This document shows, piece after piece, positions 63,522 to 64,000 of a DNA stretch of 64,000 nucleotides. Position 1 is the stretch's first letter. The number at the start of each line of letters is the position of its first letter. The DNA lies in assembly GCA_002269645.1 (NCBI GenBank), contig NIVC01002511.1, forward strand, positions 101,818-165,817, written 5' to 3'. A program made the translations under genes and the position numbers. Source of the stretch: Macrostomum lignano. Taxonomy: Eukaryota. The notes under the pieces are model-generated. The model ran no database searches. It had not been told where the DNA came from and saw only the letters and a list, made by a program, of their open reading frames with translations.

Positions 63522-64000
63522 CAAGAGCAGCAGATTAGAATCGCATTTGCAGCTGGCATGGCATCGAAAACGGTCAGTGCAACCAGCAGTGCCGCACATG
63601 CGACCATAGCAGACGAGATGCGCCAGTTCCTCACTGAGAGCCGGCGCCAGAGAATGCAGCATAGACTGTTTAGTCAACTCGGCGACGAAGGCAACGGCGA
63701 TCTGGCTGACGAAGGCGAGACCCTGACCACCTGTTGTCATATGGTCGGTTCGTCCGGTGTCTACCAAGCCGCCGTTCGTCTCGGCGAAGATTTCTCGCCA
63801 GACGAGGCTCGAGTCCGAGTTGACGCGGCCAGCTGCAGCCTGCTGGTTGAAGCTGAGCATCGCGAGGAGCGGCCGGGCAAGAAAATTCAGCGACGCCTGC
63901 AACGGTCCTTCCAGCCGCCGCGTGGCACCGATCTGGAACGACTGTCGACGAGGTTCGACGGGCAGCTGCTGCTGCTGGAAGCTCCATTTTCTGCCTCGTC
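63522..64000 (-). CDS. Probable coding exon of an unidentified gene, running off the window edge
   Basis: GC-rich, stop-free frame from the edge to a strong donor (TTG|GTGAGT at 63521); it ends in a Cys cluster CYGRMCGTAGCTDRFRCHASCKC. Confidence 0.5.

Overview
This is a eukaryotic (metazoan) genomic window and contains no prokaryotic features. GC-rich exons with poly-Q/P/A runs and introns packed with micro- and minisatellites resemble the flatworm Macrostomum (inference, not proven). I reconstructed four spliced host genes by hand from GT-AG junctions with consistent phases: a mitochondrial NAD kinase (NADK2-like, minus, 1450-6053), a ZC4H2 homolog (minus, 32430-37501), an unnamed secreted or GPI-type mucin-like protein (minus, 43004-45517) and a PAAT/C10orf88-like gene (plus, at least 50939-58665). 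An unidentified exon runs off the right edge. The most notable feature is an 8.7-kb foldback Mutator-like element (Rehavkus/FB-NOF type, 10292-19034). Its long inverted arms are built of 178-bp tandem units (4 left, 7 right), and it encodes a DDE transposase, a Ulp1/SENP protease with an intact triad and a spliced PHD finger. It appears to be nested in a hAT-like element. Also present are a 5'-truncated RTE-like LINE with a target-site duplication (TSD), several hAT-like MITEs with 8-bp TSDs, a P-like MITE, a tRNA/CORE-like SINE and about 25 tandem arrays. Many of these arrays have different periods but share a GGCGCC(AT) core that also occurs inside the MITEs. Most long ORFs in the supplied track are artefacts of the repeats.
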